Source: Chlamydiota bacterium (GTDB lineage Bacteria > Auribacterota > JACPWU01). Taken from it: DNA of 32,000 nt. Made by a program: the position numbers and the translations under genes. The notes below the pieces were generated by a model that was given only the letters and a program-made list of their open reading frames with translations, was not told the origin of the DNA and ran no database searches. The stretch lies in contig JACPWU010000063.1 in assembly GCA_016196885.1 (NCBI GenBank), positions 5,222 to 37,221 of the forward strand, written 5' to 3'. The number at the start of each line of letters is the position of its first letter. Positions within the stretch are counted from its first letter, which is position 1. Below, in pieces: positions 1-7,392 of this stretch.

Positions 1-1
1 A

Positions 2-139
2 TGGGGGACAGCGGGATGTCCTGAGGATTCTATTCTTGACCTTTGTGCGCAAACCATGGCTTTGGAGTTGGGTTGGGATTCAGCGAGAATTCGGTCAGAA
101 ATTGAAGAGGTAAAAAAATTTTATGCTTGGAGTATTTAG
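2..139 (+). CDS. 3' end of a gene entering from upstream (last 45 codons plus TAG); product unassigned
   Basis: The frame is open from the window edge to TAG 137-139. It reads WGTAGCPEDSILDLCAQTMALELGWDSARIRSEIEEVKKFYAWSI*, which is protein-like with the same codon style as neighbouring genes. It overlaps the convergent glycosyltransferase stop by 4 nt. It is absent from the ORF track because it has no start in the window. Confidence 0.4.
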   Translation, partial: WGTAGCPEDSILDLCAQTMALELGWDSARIRSEIEEVKKFYAWSI

Positions 140-1431
140 AGAAAATCAAATAAAATGTCCAAACTTTCTGCAAGCAGATACCAAGTCAGAATTTTTCTGA
201 ACTGGAATTTGCGAGAAGTTGCTGTAGAACTTAAACGTTCATCTTGAAAAATTTGAGCGTTGAGTGCTTCCTCGTAAATCCAAAAAAGGGTATGACCCTT
301 TTGCTCCCAAGAAAAATGTTCAATGGCTCTCTTTTTGAGGAGAGGACTTATTTTTTGCCGTTGGGGCTCACTCTTTAAAATTTCCACCATTTTTTTCGAA
401 AAGTCATTTGGAGTAGATGGGGAAACATAAATTCCCAGATCTCCCAAAATTTCTCGGTTGACGGGCGTATCAAAAACAACCGTTGGAAGACCTTCTGCCA
501 TGTAATTCATTAACTTTCCGTTTCCCTCGCTTTGAGAGAGCTTAGGAGAGACGGCTACGTCACAGATTCCAAGGTGGTTGGGAACGTCCTGATACTCAAT
601 TCTTCCGGTAAAGGTCACGTACGTTCCTATATTTTTTTTGTCGCAAATTTTCTGATAATGCTTTTCATGGGGGTAGCCCATGATGAGGAAGTGAACATTT
701 TTTATTTCTTGGATAACGTGGGGAATTGATTTTATCAAAAGATCAACTCCTTGATAGCTGTTAAGCAGACCCAGATAACCGATCACAAATACATGATTGG
801 GAATATTTAATTTTTGTTTGAGTTGAGAGGACTTTAGTGTACCAGGTGAAACAGATTGTGAGGAGATGCCGTCTGGTACAACACGGGTTTTATCTTTAGG
901 CACTTTGAATTGCTTCTCAAAAAGCTCAGCAAGCCGATTTGAACTAAGAATGGTAATATCCGGAATATGATTGATTTTCTTTTCAAAGAATTGAAATATT
1001 TTAAGAATCCAGAGGTTGTTACCAGCGAAACGATGACTTCGAATCTCGTCCGTTAGGCTACCTTGAAAGTCTCCAATGATAGGAATCCCAAACTTTTTTC
1101 TGAGTCGGCTTGCAATGAAAACACCTTCATGCAAATGGGCATGAATAAGATCGTAAGACTTTTTTCGAAGAATCTTTTTTGCCTTAAGGTATAACAACAC
1201 GTCTAAATAAAATTTATGCCAGGATGGACCTGCCTCCAACTTCTTGTACCAGGGAATTCTTACGATTCTTTGGATATCCAGTCCAGGAATGTTTTTGCCG
1301 AGTGAGTAGGTGCATAGGGTCACCTGATGTCCCATTTCTTGAAGGGTTCTCGCCTCTTCATAGATTCGGACGTGGCAACCCCGATCTGCAAAAAACGGAG
1401 TAGGAGCAATCATTAATATTTTGAGACTCAT
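136..1431 (-). CDS. Glycosyltransferase, GT-B fold (family 4/1-like)
   Basis: 431-aa ORF. The N-terminus MSLKILMIAPTPFFADRGCHVRIYEEARTL and the DLIHAHLHEG region match the GT4 acceptor half. The C-terminal half carries the GT1-type nucleotide-sugar motif region (SEGNGKLMNYMAEGLPTVVFDTPVNREIL). Confidence 0.85.
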   Translation of the reverse strand: MSLKILMIAPTPFFADRGCHVRIYEEARTLQEMGHQVTLCTYSLGKNIPGLDIQRIVRIPWYKKLEAGPSWHKFYLDVLLYLKAKKILRKKSYDLIHAHLHEGVFIASRLRKKFGIPIIGDFQGSLTDEIRSHRFAGNNLWILKIFQFFEKKINHIPDITILSSNRLAELFEKQFKVPKDKTRVVPDGISSQSVSPGTLKSSQLKQKLNIPNHVFVIGYLGLLNSYQGVDLLIKSIPHVIQEIKNVHFLIMGYPHEKHYQKICDKKNIGTYVTFTGRIEYQDVPNHLGICDVAVSPKLSQSEGNGKLMNYMAEGLPTVVFDTPVNREILGDLGIYVSPSTPNDFSKKMVEILKSEPQRQKISPLLKKRAIEHFSWEQKGHTLFWIYEEALNAQIFQDERLSSTATSRKFQFRKILTWYLLAESLDILFDFL

Positions 1432-1575
1432 GACCCCATTCTGATAGGCCAGGCCTGGCTTGTCAAGAAAATGATAGGAAATGGTCCTTAAAAATATTAG
1501 GGGATTCCCTGATATTTGTTTTGATATTCTTCTTGGGTGTTTTTAATGGGATTTAGCGATAGATCATACATTACA

Positions 1576-1605
1576 TTGTCAAATGCCTTAGAGATTTGAT
1601 ATATT
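1576..1605 (+). promoter_or_regulatory. Candidate sigma70-type promoter for tRNA-Leu
   Basis: TTGTCA (1576-1581), an 18-nt spacer, then TATATT (1600-1605), about 40 nt upstream of the mature tRNA 5' end. Pattern match only. Confidence 0.3.
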
Positions 1606-1644
1606 GACCGAAACTTTTTTTAATGGATTCGATAAGAATTTGAA

Positions 1645-1730
1645 GCTGGGATGGTGGAACTGGCAGACACACTAGCTTGAGGGGCTAGCGCCCGTTACAG
1701 GGTATGGGGGTTCAAATCCCCCTCCCAGCA
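1645..1730 (+). tRNA. tRNA-Leu, anticodon GAG
   Basis: 86 nt. The 7-bp acceptor stem is GCTGGGA/TCCCAGC with discriminator A. The anticodon stem is CTAGC/GCTAG with loop TTGAGGG (anticodon GAG). It has a long variable arm (class II tRNA) and a T arm GGGGG-TTCAAAT-CCCCC. CCA is not encoded. Confidence 0.93.
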
Positions 1731-1792
1731 ATTGCATGTAAAACTTTCAAAGGATGAGGAACTGAACGAGCAAAAAGTCCTTTCAAGGGCTT

Positions 1793-1933
1793 GGGGATTT
1801 GAACAGGAGGCCTGACCTAATATTAGCAAATCTGCCAGTGGCAGATTTGCAAGTCCCTAAGAGGGCCGGGTGGCCGACCGGAGGTCGAGTCCTCAAGGCC
1901 GAGACCGTAGGCGCCAAATCCCCCTCCCAGCAA
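1793..1933 (+). other. GC-rich structured segment ending in a 19-nt copy of the tRNA-Leu 3' end (candidate small RNA or att-site remnant)
   Basis: CAAATCCCCCTCCCAGCAA occurs at 1713-1731 (inside the tRNA) and again at 1915-1933. GGGGATTTG (1793-1801) can pair with CAAATCCCC (1915-1923). A perfect 11-bp hairpin GCAAATCTGCC-AGT-GGCAGATTTGC lies at 1826-1850, and a CGACC-GGA-GGTCG hairpin lies near 1875-1887. The segment is much more GC-rich than its flanks. It does not fold as a tRNA. Confidence 0.35.
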
Positions 1934-1937
1934 GACA

Positions 1938-1978
1938 TTTTAGATTTTGGATTTTAGATTTTAGAATATGGATTTTGA
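1938..1978 (+). repeat. Tandem heptamer words (T/G)(A/G)GATTT(T); stop ladder
   Basis: TAG at 1941, 1955 and 1962 and TGA at 1976, with TGG at the intervening period-7 positions 1948 and 1969. Confidence 0.8.
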
Positions 1979-2136
1979 AACATTTACCGGGACATCGGTG
2001 GTTGTTAAAACGTTTTTATTCTCATCTCACAAGTCGGTTCATTTAAGTTTTATTTTTAACATTCCGACAGCACTAAGGATAAGGAAACTCAAGACTATAA
2101 CAAGCAAGATTATCCATGTAAGAGAGATAGGCTTCC

Positions 2137-2481
2137 TTAGTGTGAAGATGAGAGATTGATCTCCTTCTTCTTTTCAAATCTTTCGCAGGTGTCTGTTGCT
2201 GTAACCTCCTTGTTCCAAAGGATGCACTTTTGGGTCCAAGGGTTAACAACATAATTCTTACAGTATTGACAAATTTTTCTTTCCTCATTCGGATTAAAAA
2301 TGTCCTGGCCTTTCCGTTGGCTATAAGGAATCTCTCCTTCTTGAAATTCAAGTTTACAAAAAGAGCAAATCTTTTTCTCTCCGATCAGGTTGAAGAAATC
2401 ATCAAATAATTTTTCAACTTTAAGAGGGGTCTCTTGCTGGCATTTTGGACAGTAGATAAGAACCGGTTTTTTTTCTTGCAT
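2137..2481 (-). CDS. Small Cys-rich zinc-ribbon protein (hypothetical)
   Basis: The 114-aa version starts at ATG (complement of 2479-2481), giving MQEKKPVLIYCPKCQQ. It has CxxC pairs (CPKC, CSFC, CQYC) plus further Cys. The track ORF extends to 2598, but that extension overlaps the nuoA start region. Confidence 0.55.
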   Translation of the reverse strand: MQEKKPVLIYCPKCQQETPLKVEKLFDDFFNLIGEKKICSFCKLEFQEGEIPYSQRKGQDIFNPNEERKICQYCKNYVVNPWTQKCILWNKEVTATDTCERFEKKKEINLSSSH

Positions 2482-2597
2482 GGGGTGTAGAATAGCATGA
2501 TTTTGACGGTCAAACCAGGGACTATGATTACTTGACAGTGCGTATGCACGATCGTAGAATGGCGGTTCTAAAAAGGCGACACGAAGGATCCCATTCA

Positions 2598-2951
2598 ATG
2601 ATGGAATACGCGAGTTTATTGATTGTTTTTGCCTTTGCGGCTTTTGTTGCGGGCCTGCTTATTTTTCTGACCAGTATTCTGGGTCCGAGGCGGAAGTCCG
2701 AAGTAAAGGAACAGCCTTTTGAATGCGGTTTTGATCCTATTACTTTACCTCGAGGCCGCTTCGGAGTGAAATTTTATTTGGTCGCGATGTTGTTTATTAT
2801 TTTTGATGTAGAATTGGTTTTCTTGTTTCCTTGGGCGGTTGTGTTTAAGAAGTTGGGAGCGATGGGTCTCTTGGAAATGATCGCTTTTTTGGGTATTGTC
2901 GTCGTGGGTTTGGTTTATGCCTGGAAAAAAGGGGCATTGGAGTGGGAGTAA
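2598..2951 (+). CDS. nuoA: NADH-quinone oxidoreductase subunit A
   Basis: 117 aa from ATG 2598 (the track uses an upstream TTG at 2532). It has three hydrophobic helices and the FECGF and DVELVFLFPW motifs typical of NuoA/ND3. It is the first gene of a nuo cluster. Confidence 0.9.
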   Translation: MMEYASLLIVFAFAAFVAGLLIFLTSILGPRRKSEVKEQPFECGFDPITLPRGRFGVKFYLVAMLFIIFDVELVFLFPWAVVFKKLGAMGLLEMIAFLGIVVVGLVYAWKKGALEWE

Positions 2952-2955
2952 AAAT

Positions 2956-3426
2956 ATGAAAATGTTGGAATCAGCAACAGGTTTTTTTACTTCTCGTCTT
3001 CAAGACGCCATCGGATGGGCGAGGAAATATTCTATTTTCCAATATCCTTTTGTAACCGCCTGTTGTGGGATGGAATACATGGCGACGGCTGCTTCTCATT
3101 ATGACATGGATCGTTTTGGGGCAGGTCTGGTGCGATTTTCGCCTCGGCAATCCGATGTGCTTTTTGTGGTGGGGACCATCAGTCAGAAAATGGCGCCGAT
3201 CTTAAAGAAAATTTATGATCAGATATGTGAGCCCAAATGGGTGGTGGCCTTTGGCGTATGCACCTGTACGGGCGGGTTCTATGATAATTACGCAACGGTG
3301 ATGGGGATTGACACGATTATTCCGGTGGATGTTTATATTCCGGGATGTCCTCCCAGACCTGAGAATGTGCTGGATGGACTGATGAAACTTCAAGAGAAGA
3401 TTCAGAGGCAGAAACAAGAAGTATAA
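2956..3426 (+). CDS. nuoB: NADH-quinone oxidoreductase subunit B
   Basis: Starts at ATG 2956 (MKMLESATG), 5 nt after the nuoA stop. It carries the cluster N2 ligand motifs CCGMEY, VCTCTGG and PGCPP. Confidence 0.93.
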   Translation: MKMLESATGFFTSRLQDAIGWARKYSIFQYPFVTACCGMEYMATAASHYDMDRFGAGLVRFSPRQSDVLFVVGTISQKMAPILKKIYDQICEPKWVVAFGVCTCTGGFYDNYATVMGIDTIIPVDVYIPGCPPRPENVLDGLMKLQEKIQRQKQEV

Positions 3427-3511
3427 AAACAGTTTTGAGTTTTAAGTTCTTAGTTTTAAGTTTTTGTAATTCAAAACTAAAAATTCAAAGTTTAAAACTG
3501 TTTTTGAAAAT
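3427..3511. repeat. AT-rich imperfect inverted repeat of AGTTTTAAG-like words between nuoB and nuoC
   Basis: AAAAACAGTTTT (3426-3437) is exactly complementary to AAAACTGTTTTT (3493-3504). The arms are built of repeated (G/A)AGTTTTAAG-type words. Stops occur at 3424, 3436, 3443, 3451, 3457, 3467 and 3478. Confidence 0.7.
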
Positions 3512-3994
3512 ATGGACATCTTAAATCAATTAAAATCCAAATTCTCAGAATATGTGATCGAGACCCACTCCCAATGTGGTGATGCGACCCTTGTGATCAA
3601 AAAAGAGGGTGTGATACCCCTTTTTTCTTATCTCAAAACATCGCCTGAATTAGATTTTAATTTTCTAATGGATTTAACGGCGGTGGATTACTTGGGGCGA
3701 GAGGGTTCACGCTTTGAGGTGGTGTATCATCTTTATTCTTTGTCAAAGAATCATTGCTTGAGAGTGAAGGTGGACGTGGGTGAAGAAGATTCTTCTCTTG
3801 ATTCTGTGAGTTCTTTATGGCCTGCTGCGAATTGGTATGAGCGAGAGGTGTGGGACATGTTTGGGATTAAGTTCAAGGGGCATCCCGATCTGAAAAGGAT
3901 TTTGATGTACGAAGAATTTCAAGGGCACCCTCTTCGTAAAGATTATCCGGTCAATCGGCGCCAACCCCTTGTAAAACCTGTTCCGATGAACTGA
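3512..3994 (+). CDS. nuoC: NADH-quinone oxidoreductase subunit C
   Basis: 160 aa, with the 30-kDa subunit signature WPAANWYEREVWDMFGIKFKGHPDLKRIL. Confidence 0.92.
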   Translation: MDILNQLKSKFSEYVIETHSQCGDATLVIKKEGVIPLFSYLKTSPELDFNFLMDLTAVDYLGREGSRFEVVYHLYSLSKNHCLRVKVDVGEEDSSLDSVSSLWPAANWYEREVWDMFGIKFKGHPDLKRILMYEEFQGHPLRKDYPVNRRQPLVKPVPMN

Positions 3995-4007
3995 CTTGTA
4001 ATTCTCT

Positions 4008-5354
4008 ATGCAAACACAAGAAAAAGAAAAACAGACAGAAACACGTCACATGCTTTTAAATGTGGGCCCGAGTCATCCGGCCATGCATGGCGTGATTCGA
4101 TTTATTTTTGAGTTGGATGGAGAGACGATTGTCAGTGCGGATACAGAAATTGGATATCTCCATCGGGGTTTCGAAAAGATGTGCGAGGTGGGCCCGTACA
4201 ATCAGGCCATTCCTTATACGGATCGCCTCAATTATGTCTCTCCTTTAATCAATAATTTTGCCTATTGCCTGGCAGTGGAAAAATTGATGGGGCTTAAAGT
4301 GACAGAGCGCTGTCAATACATTCGCGTGATCATGAGCGAGATTTCACGTGTGACGGATCATCTCACCTGCATTGGGGCCACCGCAATGGAGTTGGGGGCG
4401 TTCACGGCTTTTTTATACATGATGAAGGCCCGAGAATTTTTATACGAATTGGTGGAGCAGGTGACGGGTGCTCGCCTGACTGTTTCTTACGGACGGGTGG
4501 GAGGTGTGAAGGCGGATTTACCGGAAGGCTTTGCGGACCAGACGCGGCAGGTTTTGAAAGAAGTTCGAAAGGTTTTAAAAGAGGTAGATAAACTTCTCTC
4601 CCGAAATCGGATTTTTGTGGATCGGGTGAAAGGGGTAGGTGTGATTTCGAAAGAAGACGCAATCGCTTATGGGATCACCGGCCCTTTTTTGCGTTCGACG
4701 GGGGTGAATTACGATGTCCGTAAGGCCCAACCTTATTTGATTTATGATCGCTTGAAATTTGAAATTCCTCTGGGAACAAATGGAGACAATCTAGACCGTT
4801 ATTATGTTCGAATGGAAGAAATGGAACAGAGCATGATCATGATCGAACAAGCCTTGGATCAAATTCCACCAGGGGTTGTGAGGATCCATGAGCAAGGGGA
4901 GCCGATGGTGGCTGCCCAAATGGTGGACGAGGCTAAAATGGGGCGCATTGCGGGAATTGCCCAGCGGAATGTTTTATTGGATCCAACACTTCAGGGGAGT
5001 ACAAAGGGATTTCATGAGAAGGTGAATGTGGAGGACAAAAAAACAGTTCTTCCTCCGAAAGAGGCGACGTATGGCAATATCGAGGGGCTCATGAATCATT
5101 TTAAATGGGTGATGTTCGGACATGGGATTCGTCCTCCCAAGGGGGAGGTTTATTTTCCTGTGGAAGGGGCCAATGGCGAGCTTGGTTTTTACATTGTGAG
5201 TGATGGAACGGAGCGGCCTTATCGGGTGCGGGTGCGGCCCCCTTGCTTTCCCATTATGGCAGCCATTGGAAAAGTATTGGAAGGGGGCATGATGGCCGAC
5301 GTGGTCCCTACTTTTGGGTCTGTGAATATGATTGCAGGGGAGCTTGATCGATAA
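4008..5354 (+). CDS. nuoD: NADH-quinone oxidoreductase subunit D (with an extra internal segment of about 45 aa)
   Basis: 448 aa. It has the N-terminal LNVGPSHPAMHGV motif and the C-terminal RVRPPCF...GSVNMIAGELDR region of the 49-kDa subunit. About 58 residues lie between IPPG and LPPKE, where E. coli NuoD has about 12. Confidence 0.93.
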   Translation: MQTQEKEKQTETRHMLLNVGPSHPAMHGVIRFIFELDGETIVSADTEIGYLHRGFEKMCEVGPYNQAIPYTDRLNYVSPLINNFAYCLAVEKLMGLKVTERCQYIRVIMSEISRVTDHLTCIGATAMELGAFTAFLYMMKAREFLYELVEQVTGARLTVSYGRVGGVKADLPEGFADQTRQVLKEVRKVLKEVDKLLSRNRIFVDRVKGVGVISKEDAIAYGITGPFLRSTGVNYDVRKAQPYLIYDRLKFEIPLGTNGDNLDRYYVRMEEMEQSMIMIEQALDQIPPGVVRIHEQGEPMVAAQMVDEAKMGRIAGIAQRNVLLDPTLQGSTKGFHEKVNVEDKKTVLPPKEATYGNIEGLMNHFKWVMFGHGIRPPKGEVYFPVEGANGELGFYIVSDGTERPYRVRVRPPCFPIMAAIGKVLEGGMMADVVPTFGSVNMIAGELDR

Positions 5355-5386
5355 GTTCAAAGGTTTAAAAGTTCAAAGGTTCAAAG
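5355..5386 (+). repeat. Four tandem 8-nt words GTTCAAAG/GTTTAAAA directly upstream of nuoE
   Basis: Words start at 5355, 5363, 5371 and 5379. Three contain an AAGG Shine-Dalgarno-like core, the last of which lies 4 nt before ATG 5391. Confidence 0.8.
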
Positions 5387-5390
5387 GACT

Positions 5391-5879
5391 ATGCAAGCTA
5401 AATTTCAGATGTCTTCAGAGTTGAAAACAGAACTAGATAAGATTGTCTCCCAATACGAGACAAAACAAGCCGCACTTTTGCCTGTGTTGAATTTGGCACA
5501 AGAAAAATATGGCTCTATTTCTCCGGAGATTGAAAGCTGGGTCGCAGACTATTTGCAACTTCCGTTGATGAAAGTGAGAGAAGTGGTGAGTTTTTATACC
5601 CTTTTTCATGCCGAGCAAAAAGGAAAACATCATTTTCAGATGTGTCGCAACATGAGCTGTATGTTGAGAGGTTGTGAGGAAATGATAGAATATTTAAAAG
5701 AGCGGCTGAAACTGGAAGACGGTCAAACCTCTCAAGACCGTTGCTTCAGCCTTTCAACGGTGGAATGCCTCGCTGCTTGTGAAATGGCTCCGATGATGCA
5801 ATTGAACGATCGTTATGTGGGGCCTTTGACGAAAGAAAGTATAGACCAGATTTTGAAGGAAATTGAAATTAATAATTAG
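5391..5879 (+). CDS. nuoE: NADH-quinone oxidoreductase subunit E
   Basis: 162 aa with a thioredoxin-like 2Fe-2S pattern (MCRNMSC ... ECLAACEMAP). Confidence 0.92.
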   Translation: MQAKFQMSSELKTELDKIVSQYETKQAALLPVLNLAQEKYGSISPEIESWVADYLQLPLMKVREVVSFYTLFHAEQKGKHHFQMCRNMSCMLRGCEEMIEYLKERLKLEDGQTSQDRCFSLSTVECLAACEMAPMMQLNDRYVGPLTKESIDQILKEIEINN

Positions 5880-5880
5880 A

Positions 5881-6010
5881 GCAGGCGGGTCCTGCCCCTC
5901 CTCACCCCCACCGATGGCATCGGTGTCGGGTAAGTCGGGAATGGAATGTAATATGCTGGACTCCACCTGCTGGCAGTCGGTGGGGGACCCCCAGTCGGGT
6001 CACCCGCTTT
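5881..6010. repeat. GC-rich long imperfect inverted repeat with a central 17-bp palindrome, between nuoE and nuoF
   Basis: CCCCCACCGA (5905-5914) is complementary to TCGGTGGGGG (5977-5986). The palindrome CACCGATG-G-CATCGGTG lies at 5909-5925. GTCGG-containing words recur. GC content is visibly far above the surrounding operon. Confidence 0.7.
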
Positions 6011-6030
6011 GTGAGCTCTAAGGAGTTGTG

Positions 6031-7323
6031 ATGAAATCCTATCCCAAAATTCTTTCAAAAAATTTTGAGGTTCCTCATGCCCAACACATAGGGGTCTATC
6101 TCTCTGGCGGTGGTTACGAGGCGGCTCGGAAGGTCTATACTTCTTGGAAGCCAGAGCAGTTGATTGAGGAAGTCAAAAAATCTAATTTGCGAGGATTGGG
6201 CGGGGCTGGTTTTTCGACGGGGATGAAATGGGCTTTTATACCGAAAGATTCAACGCGGCCGCATTATGTGGTGGTGAATGCGGATGAGGGAGAGCCGGGG
6301 ACTTTTAAAGACCGCTATATTTTGTGCAAGGATCCGCACGCCCTTGTCGAAGGAATTCTCATCGCCTGCTTTGCCGTTGGGTCCCATAAAGCTTTCGTTT
6401 ACATTCGAGGGGAATATGTGGAGCCCATTCGTATTTTTAGAGAGGCCGTGCGAGAAGCCCATGAAAAGGGTTTTTTGGGAAAAAATGTTTTTGGCACAGG
6501 TTACGAGGTTGAAATTGTGATTCATCAGGGGGCGGGTGCTTATATTTGTGGAGAGGAGACGGCGCTTCTAGAATCTCTTGAGGGAAAAAAAGGATTTCCT
6601 CGTCTGAAGCCTCCCTTTCCAGCAGTTAAAGGTGTTTTCGGATGCCCCACCGTTATCAATAATGTAGAGACTTTGGCCTGTTTGCCTCCTATTGTAAATC
6701 TCGGGGCCGAGTGGTTTGCCAAATTAGGGTGCGAGAAAAATGGGGGGACGCGGCTTTACAGTGTCAGTGGCCATGTGAATCGTCCGGGCCTTTATGAATT
6801 GCCTTTGGGAACACCTTTGCGGGAAATCATTGAGGAACATGCAGGGGGTGTTTGGAAGGGACGTCAGCTCAAGGCAGTGATTCCGGGTGGAATTTCTGCT
6901 TCTATTTTGAGGTCGGATGAAGTTGACATCAAAATGGATTTTAATTCACTGGCCCGAGTTGGTTCCATGCTGGGTTCGGCGGGTGTGGTGGTGATGGACG
7001 AGACCACATGCATGGTCACAACCCTTTTGGTGGCGGCTCGTTTTTTTGCCCATGAATCTTGCGGCCAGTGCAGTCCCTGTCGAGAGGGGACAGGCTGGGT
7101 TCTGAAAATGATCGAGAGAATTTATGAGGGCCACGGGAGGTCTCAAGACTTGGATAATTTATTAGACATTGGAAAAAACATGATGGGTAACACCATCTGT
7201 GCCTTTGGGGATGCGGCGCCGACTCCGGTGATCAGTTATATCACGAAGTTTAGAGCAGAATTTGAGTATCATGTGCGGCATGGGAAGTGTGATTTAGAGG
7301 ACAGAAGTCAGAAGTCAGAATAA
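6031..7323 (+). CDS. nuoF: NADH-quinone oxidoreductase subunit F
   Basis: Starts at ATG 6031, preceded by AGGAG at 6021-6025 (the track starts at GTG 6028). It has the GGAGFSTGMKW FMN/NADH motif and the ESCGQCSPCREG 4Fe-4S motif. The last 8 codons (EDRSQKSE) are encoded by a repeat arm. Confidence 0.94.
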   Translation: MKSYPKILSKNFEVPHAQHIGVYLSGGGYEAARKVYTSWKPEQLIEEVKKSNLRGLGGAGFSTGMKWAFIPKDSTRPHYVVVNADEGEPGTFKDRYILCKDPHALVEGILIACFAVGSHKAFVYIRGEYVEPIRIFREAVREAHEKGFLGKNVFGTGYEVEIVIHQGAGAYICGEETALLESLEGKKGFPRLKPPFPAVKGVFGCPTVINNVETLACLPPIVNLGAEWFAKLGCEKNGGTRLYSVSGHVNRPGLYELPLGTPLREIIEEHAGGVWKGRQLKAVIPGGISASILRSDEVDIKMDFNSLARVGSMLGSAGVVVMDETTCMVTTLLVAARFFAHESCGQCSPCREGTGWVLKMIERIYEGHGRSQDLDNLLDIGKNMMGNTICAFGDAAPTPVISYITKFRAEFEYHVRHGKCDLEDRSQKSE

Positions 7324-7373
7324 AAAAATAAATAACATCCCTATTATTCTGAATTCTGTCTTCTGTATTCTGA
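7297..7373. repeat. Heptamer-word inverted repeat (CAGAAGT words) at the nuoF/nuoG junction
   Basis: The left arm GAGGACAGAAGTCAGAAGTCAGAAT (7297-7321) pairs with the right arm ATTCTGAATTCTGTCTTCTGTATTCTGA (7346-7373) at 21 of 25 positions. The loop is A-rich. The left arm contains the nuoF stop. Confidence 0.85.
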
Positions 7374-7392
7374 GTAACGAAAGTGATTTTGT

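Noticed and set aside
1793-1933. A possible second tRNA gene, because the segment ends in the same ...AAATCCCCCTCCCAGCA as tRNA-Leu.
   Set aside because: Only the last 19 nt match. The 5' strand of the T stem is GGCGC rather than GGGGG, and there is no GCTGGGA acceptor 5' strand. No D or anticodon arm can be drawn. It is kept as a duplicate or structured segment, not as a tRNA.
1968-2351. ORFs 1968..2159 (+) and 2073..2351 (-).
   Set aside because: The first begins in the heptamer array and is low-complexity. The second is an alternative frame overlapping the zinc-ribbon gene. Neither has supporting motifs.
5754-6058. Two minus-strand ORFs (70 and 60 aa) in the nuoE/nuoF spacer.
   Set aside because: They are Pro/Gly-rich translations of the GC-rich inverted-repeat element and overlap the nuoE and nuoF ends. 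They have no ribosome-binding site or family resemblance.
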